This document shows, piece by piece, positions 17,277 through 25,728 of a stretch of DNA of 43,341 nucleotides. Made by a program: the position numbers and the translations under genes. Position 1 is the stretch's first letter. Each line of letters begins with the position of its first letter. Below the pieces are notes generated by a model, which did not search any database, was not told where the DNA came from, and saw nothing but the letters and a program-made list of their open reading frames with translations. Source of the stretch: a virus (Duplodnaviria; Caudoviricetes); the IMG/VR virus record IMGVR_UViG_3300032266_001037, positions 1 to 43,341 of that record; one strand, given 5' to 3'.

Positions 17277-17691
17277 ATTCCTCTACTTCTGCACTGTTGA
17301 AAAAGTCATACATTCCATTGAATACTAATCTAAGCGCGTCTACTTGTTCCATTGTGAATTGGAACCATTCCATCGTGTATTGCCGACCATAGCCAAAACC
17401 CTTAGAGATTTGTGGATTATTGGAGCAGTGGGAGAATACCTGATGGAGCGCGCGTTCTATTTTGTGAGCAACCTCTGCATTATTGAACCAAAAGATGTAA
17501 TAGACCCCAAGAGTGGAGTCACCATTGGGGGATAGGGAATTGTGCCGTCTTAGCTTTTTCATCCGTTGCTCTATGTTTGTCGTAATGCCGATTTTGTATC
17601 GGTCATACAAGACACTGTATAGGAGATATAGGGCACACATTCCTGTATCAGGTTTTGGACATGTTTTTTGCGCGTCTGATGGTCTCAACAT
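17239..17691 (-). CDS. T5orf172/GIY-YIG-like nuclease domain protein
   Basis: YLL...YKIGIT.NIEQRMKKL...IERALH..F...EWF. Confidence 0.85.
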   Translation of the reverse strand: MLRPSDAQKTCPKPDTGMCALYLLYSVLYDRYKIGITTNIEQRMKKLRRHNSLSPNGDSTLGVYYIFWFNNAEVAHKIERALHQVFSHCSNNPQISKGFGYGRQYTMEWFQFTMEQVDALRLVFNGMYDFFNSAEVEECDDDDYDYDEED

Positions 17692-17693
17692 GG

Positions 17694-18782
17694 CTATTTC
17701 TTCTTACCAATAGGTTTGTTTAATGGAACAACTGAAGGTGTTTCTGGGGTGACGTAGCCAATACCACGCTCCTTTTTAATGCGACGGTAGGTAGACATAT
17801 CTGGCAGTAGCATAATCGCATTGTCTACAACACACGCTCGATAAGGGTTACGTTCAGATAGGACATTGAAATAATTTACGGTGCCTGGTGGTACACGTTG
17901 TGCGTTTTCTAAGGACTGTAGGTGCTTGACTGCCAATTCACCCTTTAGAACCATCGTCATATTCGCACGTAGGTCTGACTCGCCTTCCATTCCCAAGGTT
18001 TTGACCAAATAGTTGACTCCGGTCAGAATGATATTTAGGTTTTGTTTCCGTCCAATGGACAGTACATCTCCCACTACAGGAGTAACCTCTGTTTTCTTCG
18101 CCGTCCATCGATACTCATCACAAACAATGACTAATGGTTCATGGTAATCGGGGTTAGAGTAGCGCTCCAACAAGGATGCGTTCACATATTCAGAGAATGA
18201 ATTCATGGATTCCGCATCAAAATTGTTCCCTACCACTTCCCAACCCAAGAATTCCTTATCCTCTACTTCCACAGTAGGAGATAAGTAGACTTGACGTGTA
18301 TCTGCCCCTAGGACGCGCGCGCGTAAATCACCTATGACCTCAGCAACGAGGGTTTTACCTGTACCCGTAGGACTAAATACCCCAAAGTGAGGCTTTACTT
18401 TGGGTTGATTGATGTAATTTTTTACGAAATCATCCCAAGATAGGATTTTAAGCCCATCAGGGACACTGATTTTGTCTTGATTATTGATTGGGAGTGGTTC
18501 TAATGGTGTGTCATCCTTATGCTCCCACGCTTGTTGCACGTCTATCTGGTCATTGAGGTCAGTAATTGCCTGAATCTTACGTCTTAGATGGGTGGATTCT
18601 TTGTCTAGAAGACCTACCACACCAAATGTAAGGGACGCGCCTACTAACCCTGTGATTAATCGGTTGAGTTTACTGTTAGTTGTAGTCGTTAGATAGAAAA
18701 TGGTGTACGAACACGCTAGTGCAAGTACACCACAACCAATCATCGTATTAATGGAACGTTGGCGCTCCTCTAATAGGGTCAC
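17694..18782 (-). CDS. Membrane-anchored FtsK/HerA-superfamily P-loop ATPase
   Basis: Two N-terminal hydrophobic segments; Walker A SPTGTGKT, Walker B IVCDE, arginine-finger motif GRKQNLNIILTG. Confidence 0.8.
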   Translation of the reverse strand: MTLLEERQRSINTMIGCGVLALACSYTIFYLTTTTNSKLNRLITGLVGASLTFGVVGLLDKESTHLRRKIQAITDLNDQIDVQQAWEHKDDTPLEPLPINNQDKISVPDGLKILSWDDFVKNYINQPKVKPHFGVFSPTGTGKTLVAEVIGDLRARVLGADTRQVYLSPTVEVEDKEFLGWEVVGNNFDAESMNSFSEYVNASLLERYSNPDYHEPLVIVCDEYRWTAKKTEVTPVVGDVLSIGRKQNLNIILTGVNYLVKTLGMEGESDLRANMTMVLKGELAVKHLQSLENAQRVPPGTVNYFNVLSERNPYRACVVDNAIMLLPDMSTYRRIKKERGIGYVTPETPSVVPLNKPIGKKK

Positions 18783-19204
18783 AGCAGACCTCCCATAGTC
18801 ATAATCGACAGCTTAAGTAAGGTAGAGAAGGTAATCTCTCTGTCGCAAAACCCGATGTAGGCAACACAACCAATCACAAGCGCGATGATGGTAGATGGAA
18901 TTGCGATATACCACCCCATGATGGGTTGTAACAACCAAAGACTGTATTTAATGGTCTGTCCGATAAATAACCACCCAGGCAAGCGCGCCACCCCCAATAG
19001 AGTATGGGGAAATGACATGATTTGTCGGAGGTTGTAGAAGGACTGTTTGGAATTGTCTACCCGTGTACCCCAAACCGCGTAGGATTTCCATCCATCTTGT
19101 AGTTGAGGTTGATTGAATTGCCCTGTATCCCTATCAATCTGTTTAGTAGGGTCAAAACCTATCGCGTTGATTAGACCCCCTCCATCCGGCTTACTAGATG
19201 CCAT
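18779..19204 (-). CDS. Membrane protein (2-3 TM)
   Basis: Hydrophobic C-terminal half; stop overlaps the ATPase start. Confidence 0.7.
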   Translation of the reverse strand: MASSKPDGGGLINAIGFDPTKQIDRDTGQFNQPQLQDGWKSYAVWGTRVDNSKQSFYNLRQIMSFPHTLLGVARLPGWLFIGQTIKYSLWLLQPIMGWYIAIPSTIIALVIGCVAYIGFCDREITFSTLLKLSIMTMGGLL

Positions 19205-19376
19205 AGTCGATTCTCTCTTTTAACAATCCAATAATGAAATGTCTTTGTGAGTAGTAAGCTGCGTTCAATAAGTGCGCTAACTCTCTCAGTTGTTCTGTGG
19301 TCATCTTATCAATCTGAGTGTCTGTGTTTGCCTTTTGGAACGCAAGCTCTAAAGGCAACTCCGCGCTACTGTCCAT
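19194..19376 (-). CDS. nblA: NblA-like phycobilisome degradation protein
   Basis: 60 aa; ELPLELAF....DTQIDKMTTEQLREL matches the NblA pattern LSLEQQF....xxQVxxMSxEQA; AGGAG SD. Confidence 0.75.
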   Translation of the reverse strand: MDSSAELPLELAFQKANTDTQIDKMTTEQLRELAHLLNAAYYSQRHFIIGLLKERIDYGI

Positions 19377-19641
19377 CACAATTACTCCTGGTGGTACGGT
19401 GGAACCATCCAAAACCCTCTTCCTGTTGAATACATCCCAATGAACCGCGCTCGGTGGTAGAGGTTTGTTGGGTCAGTTGGAGCATCCTCATGTTGTTGTT
19501 TAGCTCTTGGATATCACGGGATATAGAGGATTGATTGTAGAGAACAAAACAACCCAGTAACCCGAACGCAAAGGGGGATATTGCTAACCACATAACGAGT
19601 AGCTTCATGGTGTAGTCCCATTCGGAATTAGAATTCATCAT
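19366..19641 (-). CDS. Single-TM protein with a coiled coil
   Basis: Hydrophobic segment followed by a heptad-like region. Confidence 0.6.
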   Translation of the reverse strand: MMNSNSEWDYTMKLLVMWLAISPFAFGLLGCFVLYNQSSISRDIQELNNNMRMLQLTQQTSTTERGSLGCIQQEEGFGWFHRTTRSNCDGQ

Positions 19642-19984
19642 AGTCTACAGGCTCCCTAATATTTTCAAGTGCAAAAAGCGCGCGGCAAATCAGGTGGGTT
19701 AGATGTGACTCTAGACTCTCGTAATCCCGTGCAGTGATAGATGGAATGGTAGCAATCGCGTGTTCGACAAGATGTAAAAGATGGTCTTCTACAGAGATGT
19801 TTCTGTAGCTGTCGGAACCGTACTTATCGCTACCTTCCTGTAGAACTTCTAGAACAAATGCCATTGTAGTCCAATTGATGAGCGACCAGTCTCTCTTTAA
19901 CTTAGAGCCATCAGGTGTAGTGGACACAAAATCATCATCGTTATGATGTTTCCAATCGGGGTCAAATTTAATCGAATAAGTCAT
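19628..19984 (-). CDS. dATP/dGTP diphosphohydrolase N-terminal domain (DUF5664) protein
   Basis: K.DWSLI...VL.EG.DKYG..SY...HL..H....ESHL.H..CR pattern. Confidence 0.75.
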   Translation of the reverse strand: MTYSIKFDPDWKHHNDDDFVSTTPDGSKLKRDWSLINWTTMAFVLEVLQEGSDKYGSDSYRNISVEDHLLHLVEHAIATIPSITARDYESLESHLTHLICRALFALENIREPVDYDEF

Positions 19985-20198
19985 TTCTGCTTAACTCCTG
20001 TAGAAGGTCATTCGTATGTCTAACGGTTTGCTGTGGCGGGATTGTGTGAGATAGAGTACTGGTTGGTTCAGATGACATGAAGTTACAGACCAGGGATTCC
20101 AAGAGCGCTTGCGGAGGAATCCCTATGTCGAACGCTCTATCTAGGAACTTGCGCCACAACTTCGGATTAATTCTTACTCTGTTGTCTGTGGAACGCAT
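19968..20198 (-). CDS. Ribbon-helix-helix-like DNA-binding protein (ParR-like adaptor)
   Basis: RVRINPKLWRKF...A...GIPPQALLESLV fits an RHH; immediately downstream of, and overlapping, parM. Confidence 0.6.
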   Translation of the reverse strand: MRSTDNRVRINPKLWRKFLDRAFDIGIPPQALLESLVCNFMSSEPTSTLSHTIPPQQTVRHTNDLLQELSRNDLFD

Positions 20199-21147
20199 CG
20201 TAAATCCCTTTGACATTATCTGATAGAGGATTAGGGGATAGTAGGAACATCTTACCTACTCCTGGTTTGTTCATGACCGCTTTGATGCAAGGTGCAACGG
20301 TGAACGCGCCTCCACCAGTCACTAAGAAGTTTGTTACTTCCCTGTTCTGAATCGCCTGTCGGTAGTCATTAAGCACCAAGTTCTGGAATATGTTTTTCCA
20401 GAATAGGGGTGTGTAGTAGTCGATGTACTTCTGGATGGATTCCCCAGTGTGACCAATCCTATAGGTCTGATTCTCTAAGCAATTGAAGAATGACTCCACA
20501 CTCACCATGATTCCGTTGTTTAGGTTGGTCACTTCATTATCGTGCTTAATGAGGTTCGCCAAATAAATCATCCCTTGCTTTGGATAGGTAGATGAGCGCA
20601 TCACCTCTCCAGAACTATTCTCAATCAGTGTGGTCACAACCGTACCGCCACCAATATCGATAACCACAGTGTAGCCTATATCAGAAATTGAACCAGAATT
20701 ACGTGCGAGGTACCATGAACCAAAACCCTCTTGGTAAACCCCTACCACTTTTAAGCGCGTCTCAAATAGGTGCCTGTCCTTCTCCCAAACATAGATATTA
20801 TTTAGCGCTTTGACTAGGTCATGTTGGTAGGAGGTCACTAACTCTGGGACTTGAATCACTATCTCTGTCGTTGGTTCCACCGTACCAAAGTCACTTAAGG
20901 CTGATAGGAGCAAGATGATTGACTCTGATATAGACGCGGTCTTGTCTGACTCCGACTGTAAGCGCACCATGTCATATTTAAGCGCGCCCACTCCTGTGTG
21001 ATAGATGAGGTCATTGATAACAATTACCCCAGGTGTTCGGAGTAGATTGTATCGACCATTCACAGACGCGATAACTGACTTGATAGATTTAATGGAGTGA
21101 CCATTGTAACCTACCGTTGAAGAGTTACCAATATCAAATGCGTACAT
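20167..21147 (-). CDS. parM: ParM/StbA-family actin-like ATPase
   Basis: Phosphate-1 FDIGNSST, connect-1 QEG, phosphate-2 IDIGGGT, adenosine LVTGGGA. Confidence 0.92.
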   Translation of the reverse strand: MYAFDIGNSSTVGYNGHSIKSIKSVIASVNGRYNLLRTPGVIVINDLIYHTGVGALKYDMVRLQSESDKTASISESIILLLSALSDFGTVEPTTEIVIQVPELVTSYQHDLVKALNNIYVWEKDRHLFETRLKVVGVYQEGFGSWYLARNSGSISDIGYTVVIDIGGGTVVTTLIENSSGEVMRSSTYPKQGMIYLANLIKHDNEVTNLNNGIMVSVESFFNCLENQTYRIGHTGESIQKYIDYYTPLFWKNIFQNLVLNDYRQAIQNREVTNFLVTGGGAFTVAPCIKAVMNKPGVGKMFLLSPNPLSDNVKGIYDAFHRQQSKN

Positions 21148-21365
21148 TAGTATTTCTCCACATGAACGAGTTTGAGTAATTCGTTTAAGGGCAGTCCCGA
21201 TAGGACTTTAGACAACTCCAACTGACTGTATAGGTAAGGAGCAGTCTGAGACACCTTGTTAGAGACCGCACGTCCCACTATATCTTCTAATTCTTTGATG
21301 GGCACTACCACATCTATCTCTAGGTGAATGGTTCCACTGTGTTCAGTAAGCACTATCTTGGACAT
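21147..21365 (-). CDS. Hypothetical protein, first gene of the parM operon
   Basis: GGAG SD; TAATG coupling to parM. Confidence 0.6.
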   Translation of the reverse strand: MSKIVLTEHSGTIHLEIDVVVPIKELEDIVGRAVSNKVSQTAPYLYSQLELSKVLSGLPLNELLKLVHVEKY

Positions 21366-21608
21366 GAGGTTCTCCATAATTGGGATATCTATATGATAAC
21401 AGTCATTGGGACAAATTATCCATATCTATAGGATTGTTTACGTTATCAATAAGGAGTGCCTTATTGGCAATAGCATGCTCCGGGTTATGAGGGTAATCCC
21501 CAGGAAACAAACATCTTTGTATGGATGTGGGGCTTACACTCACAGGGTTATTCTCTACTCGTCGTATAAAACACTAAGAAGGTATTTTTCTAGATGTATG
21601 AATAAGAG

Positions 21609-21652
21609 ATAAATATAGATTCCTACGCTGTTCGCTTGGAATCTATATTTAT
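21609..21652. repeat. 15-bp-stem hairpin with conserved loop, copy B
   Basis: Minus strand ATAAATATAGATTCC-AAGCGAACAGCGTA-GGAATCTATATTTAT. Confidence 0.9.
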
Positions 21653-21682
21653 GCATTTATCCTCTTGTATGTTTCTACGTAC

Positions 21683-21778
21683 AAAAATACCCCCACATAA
21701 TTTGATTACATGGGGGTAAATTGCATTTCACGTTTTACTACTTTCATTTCCACATACTATTAAACCCTTCGGCACCTT
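21683..21778 (-). ncRNA. Putative ~95-nt small RNA, copy B
   Basis: Runs from the promoter at 21785-21814 to the terminator UACCCCCAUGUAAU-CAA-AUUAUGUGGGGGUA-UUUUU (fully paired with G-U only on the minus strand). Confidence 0.55.
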
Positions 21779-21784
21779 AATTTG

Positions 21785-21814
21785 ATTATACAGATAATAC
21801 CCCATTTTTGTCAA
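21785..21814 (-). promoter_or_regulatory. Consensus sigma70 promoter, module copy B
   Basis: TTGACA-N18-TATAAT; near-identical context to 12048-12077. Confidence 0.85.
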
Positions 21815-21919
21815 TCAGTACTCAAAAATATTTTCTAGGTATCAGTAGTCACCTATCCACAATAGCTATAATTATAGTGTAATCTACCATAATTATCTAT
21901 CCCTATGAGCGTCTAATTC

Positions 21920-22252
21920 ATGGCAAACAATGAAAACCTAGAAGATAACAACGTACATATCGTGAAAGTAGAACAATCAACCTTACTGGGGAAACCATTA
22001 CTAGACTGGGGAATCACGTTAACGATTATTGGGTTATGCGTTGGGATTATCTCTCAAGTGATTAGGGTTTACGAGAGGCTGACGATTATGGAAGAGAGAA
22101 CCAACATTATTTTTCAAGCGTACTCAGTTGACCAGACCAGCCAGAATAACGACATTAATTTTGTACGAACCAGACAGGAAGTAGTCCTCCAACGGCTCAA
22201 CACTCTTGAGCAACGAATGGATAGGGCAGAACAATCAATTAATCTAAAGTGA
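21920..22252 (+). CDS. Single-TM coiled-coil protein (holin-like candidate)
   Basis: Hydrophobic WGITLTIIGLCVGIISQVI followed by heptads; first late gene. Confidence 0.5.
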   Translation: MANNENLEDNNVHIVKVEQSTLLGKPLLDWGITLTIIGLCVGIISQVIRVYERLTIMEERTNIIFQAYSVDQTSQNNDINFVRTRQEVVLQRLNTLEQRMDRAEQSINLK

Positions 22253-22259
22253 AACAACT

Positions 22260-22577
22260 ATGGCATTACCCACAGACGCAATTAGTAAATATCACGAACA
22301 AGACGCGCGCGCGATAATCCTTGAAGCGGAGACCCTATGTAGGACACTACGACAAGATATTTGGGACGGATATGTATTCGAGTCCCCGAGTACTGTCCGA
22401 TATGGGCGCGCTATCGACCCTGAGAACCTTGAGACGATAGGAGGAACCACTCCTGAGCTAACCCTAGGTAAACGTAAGATGCGCATCCTAGGATGTCTCC
22501 TAGGGGTATCGTACACGACAAATGACGCGACTACAGAGGCAGCAATTGTAACCGCTGTGCAGGCACTAATTCCCTAA
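22260..22577 (+). CDS. Hypothetical protein, 105 aa
   Basis: Packed ORF in the late operon. Confidence 0.65.
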   Translation: MALPTDAISKYHEQDARAIILEAETLCRTLRQDIWDGYVFESPSTVRYGRAIDPENLETIGGTTPELTLGKRKMRILGCLLGVSYTTNDATTEAAIVTAVQALIP

Positions 22578-22583
22578 ACCGTT

Positions 22584-22823
22584 ATGAATCCAATTGAAAT
22601 TAGGAATAAGTACATTAAACGTGACCGTATCAGCAAGCTGGATTCAATCGTAGAGATTCTAGATAAGTACGGCATCACCCTTCAAGAGTTAACAGACCAC
22701 ATCAATCAAGACTACGTTCATTTACGAGATAAAGTTCTAGCGCTACGTAAAAAGCGTAATCTAAAGGCAACCTATGAACAAAAAACAAAGGGCAAAAAAG
22801 AAGAACCAACAAAACCAGGATAG
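22584..22823 (+). CDS. Basic hypothetical protein, 79 aa
   Basis: Packed ORF; helical and Lys-rich. Confidence 0.55.
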   Translation: MNPIEIRNKYIKRDRISKLDSIVEILDKYGITLQELTDHINQDYVHLRDKVLALRKKRNLKATYEQKTKGKKEEPTKPG

Positions 22824-23445
22824 GCTCACCCAACCATCTAGCTCTATTGAGGATGCCCAGAAGAACGCGACTCGACTTTCTGACCAACTAACCCGTAAAC
22901 AAAACAATGCGGCGGCAATGACTGCACAGAATCAGGCAAATGATATTGCATTGATGAGACAGCAGTACGACCTACAAAACACGTCTACAGCGCAGCAACA
23001 GTCTATATATAATTCCTCTCTGGATTATCAGAATCAACAGTTAGGGCAATACAACACTAACTTTGCGGCACAGTTGGCGAACATGCAGCAATCTAATACT
23101 CTGTTGCAAAACCAAGGTAATTTGAATTCTGCCTACCAAGACCAGACGAGGGCACTTGCCCAACGAGTACAGCAACTTCAAGGGGGTGAGTTAAAGCGCG
23201 CGTCCGAGAATACCAAGTATGCAGGAATGGTTCAATCCTTAGAGTCTAAAAAGAATGCTGGGGTAGCTAATTCATTACTGCAACAGTTGAACCGTAGGAG
23301 GGCGCAGAGGGCACTTGGAACTACAGGTAGGACTCCTGTCCCTGTTAGACAAAGAGTACAGTCTAACGCCAACAAACGGCAGAATCAGGCTACATATAAC
23401 GCGCGCGTAGGTGTGCGTAACGACAAAACATTTAGGAAAATCTAA
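22774..23445 (+). CDS. Gln/Asn-rich coiled-coil protein
   Basis: Composition similar to the 34555 ejection-type protein. Confidence 0.65.
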   Translation: MNKKQRAKKKNQQNQDRLTQPSSSIEDAQKNATRLSDQLTRKQNNAAAMTAQNQANDIALMRQQYDLQNTSTAQQQSIYNSSLDYQNQQLGQYNTNFAAQLANMQQSNTLLQNQGNLNSAYQDQTRALAQRVQQLQGGELKRASENTKYAGMVQSLESKKNAGVANSLLQQLNRRRAQRALGTTGRTPVPVRQRVQSNANKRQNQATYNARVGVRNDKTFRKI

Positions 23446-23460
23446 CGGAGATAAAACAAA

Positions 23461-24090
23461 ATGGCTACATTAGATGTCACTCTTGCCAAGACTCGTACAC
23501 AGTTATGGCAGCAAAAGTTTATTGATGGTACGTTGGGGGATTATTCACCCACAGTATCTAACCAATTAATGTATTACGCTAAAACCACTGATGCGACTGC
23601 AACAGAAATGTTTATTGCAGGTAAAGGTGGGGCAAAAGCGCAAGACGGTACAACCTATTACAATCGACTCTATATTCCAGAATCCTCAATTGTGTTTCTA
23701 GAGTACACCTACTTAGGGTATAACTCCACAGACGATACCTTTGCTGGATTACAACGAGGTTTTGCTTGTGTTGAAAACCTGAATGGTACAACCGCTGCAT
23801 CTTGGGACTTGAACAAGAGTGGTTCGGGAAATGACACTTATGTACTTTTTGATACTTATAACTCTGATACTACTTCTGGTATTGATTTAGCTCACCTTGG
23901 CTCTAGTGGACTAGCATCCTTAGTCCCGACACTAGATGATACTGGAGACTTTATCAAGTTTGTAGTAACAGGCACATCAGCTAAGACAATTTATCACAAG
24001 GTTTACTGCAAAGTATTCTCCATCAATGAGACTGAATGTAAGCGCGGTCTGTATTTTGGTGATACGGCAGCACAATCTACTGGTAAGTAA
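23461..24090 (+). CDS. Putative virion structural protein, 209 aa
   Basis: Strong ACGGAG SD, the same as before the capsid gene; Thr/Gly/Asp-rich. Confidence 0.6.
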   Translation: MATLDVTLAKTRTQLWQQKFIDGTLGDYSPTVSNQLMYYAKTTDATATEMFIAGKGGAKAQDGTTYYNRLYIPESSIVFLEYTYLGYNSTDDTFAGLQRGFACVENLNGTTAASWDLNKSGSGNDTYVLFDTYNSDTTSGIDLAHLGSSGLASLVPTLDDTGDFIKFVVTGTSAKTIYHKVYCKVFSINETECKRGLYFGDTAAQSTGK

Positions 24091-24093
24091 TCA

Positions 24094-25728
24094 ATGGCTC
24101 GTACAGAACGTAAGTTTAAGCGTCCCACCTTGGCACAGAAAACAAAAGCGCTCTATGATTTTTGGGCGTTCGTTGACCTTATCTCGTTCCATGGTGGGAG
24201 CAATTCCTTTGGGGAATGTCATCGTGAGTTGATGAATTGGGATTTAGAAGAGACGTTTGATAAGAACACTAAGCTCATCATTATCCCGCGCGGACATCTT
24301 AAATCTACTCTAATGTCGGTATGCAAAACCTTATGGAGAATCTATCAAATTCCTGATATTCGTATATTCGTAGGCACCTCCACTAGACCCCTAGCTATTG
24401 CGTTCGTACGGGAAATTAGAACCTATTTAGAGGATGCGTTTCTAATCGAGAATGTTTGGAATGCACGTGACCACATTGAAGGACGGTTGATTCCAGAAAT
24501 GGAACGGCTAAAAACTAACCGATACGAGACGGAAGCGCGGGATAGGAAGATTATCTGGTCTACCCAAGCGATTCAGGTGATAAGACCTTCTATTTTGAAA
24601 GAACCGACTGTTTCTGTAGGGTCTGTGGGTACTGTTCCAACAGGGTTTCACTTTGATGAGTTGGTTCTAGATGACGTAGTTACCTATGAGAATATCTCTA
24701 CCAGAGATAAGCTGACAAAAATCAAATCGTGGGTTGACGACCTAGTTTGTGTACTTGACCCAAAGTATAGAGATGATTTCTACCAGACCATCCTCCCATT
24801 AAAAGCTGAAAAGTATGCGGATATTGGGGGAAAGATTACTGTAGTAGGGACTCGATATGGTAGTGAGGATTGGTACAACGAGCTAATAGACTCTCCTGAC
24901 TGGGCAATCTATGAACGCAACATTTATAAGAATGGGCATGATTCTTCAGAAGGGTATTTATGGCATGAGTTATGGGATGAGAAGTTGGAATCCTTCAAAC
25001 GGTCTCAAATGACAGGTTCTAGGTTTGCATCTCAATACTTAAATCGGTTACTTGCTCCGGGCGCATCTGTACTAGATGTAGATTTGGCGCATTTTATCCC
25101 CTCTTCTGACATCAACTATGTTCCTGAGCGTAATCTGTTTGAAGTAAAACATTCCAGTTTGCCTGAAGGTTCCACGCTCGTTAAGCCCTACCTAGTGGTT
25201 GACCCTGCTGGTACGGTAGGAGATGATTCTGACTTTACAGCGATAGTCGTGGGAGGAAAAGATACTCAAGGTAATCTGATTGTTCTCGATATCGATATGG
25301 GTAAATGGCGTTCTGGGGAGATGCTGAAAAACATCTATCTGCTAGCGGATAAATGGAAACTAAACGCGGTCTGGATTGAGTCTGTTGGAGGCTTTGTTCA
25401 CTTTGTTGAATTTGTGCGCTCTTCATTCAAACAATATAGACCTGTCGTGCTAAATGAATTCAGACCTACATGGGTACAAGGCAAGAAAGAGACACGAATT
25501 TCTAACGCGCTAGAACCATTATTTTCAAATGGTATGGTCTATCTCCCTAAATCTATGTCTCATCGGTTAGATATGACAGACCAGTTACTATTTTTCCCTC
25601 GCAAGAACGTTCATGATGATGTGCCCGATGTGATGGCAGCGTTAGCAGAGATAGCAAAGGCAGCGTCACCTAAACCTATCAATCGATTGGATGTAGTTAA
25701 GAACAAGGTTTATGGAGGGTATCGATAA
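24094..25728 (+). CDS. terL: Terminase large subunit
   Basis: Walker A IPRGHLKST, Walker B LVLDD, coupling VGTR, nuclease VVDPA and HDDVPD. Confidence 0.96.
   Translation: MARTERKFKRPTLAQKTKALYDFWAFVDLISFHGGSNSFGECHRELMNWDLEETFDKNTKLIIIPRGHLKSTLMSVCKTLWRIYQIPDIRIFVGTSTRPLAIAFVREIRTYLEDAFLIENVWNARDHIEGRLIPEMERLKTNRYETEARDRKIIWSTQAIQVIRPSILKEPTVSVGSVGTVPTGFHFDELVLDDVVTYENISTRDKLTKIKSWVDDLVCVLDPKYRDDFYQTILPLKAEKYADIGGKITVVGTRYGSEDWYNELIDSPDWAIYERNIYKNGHDSSEGYLWHELWDEKLESFKRSQMTGSRFASQYLNRLLAPGASVLDVDLAHFIPSSDINYVPERNLFEVKHSSLPEGSTLVKPYLVVDPAGTVGDDSDFTAIVVGGKDTQGNLIVLDIDMGKWRSGEMLKNIYLLADKWKLNAVWIESVGGFVHFVEFVRSSFKQYRPVVLNEFRPTWVQGKKETRISNALEPLFSNGMVYLPKSMSHRLDMTDQLLFFPRKNVHDDVPDVMAALAEIAKAASPKPINRLDVVKNKVYGGYR

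Noticed and set aside
19628-19984. Z-base (2-aminoadenine) genome pathway
   Set aside because: A DUF5664-like gene is present, but I recognise no PurZ or DatZ.
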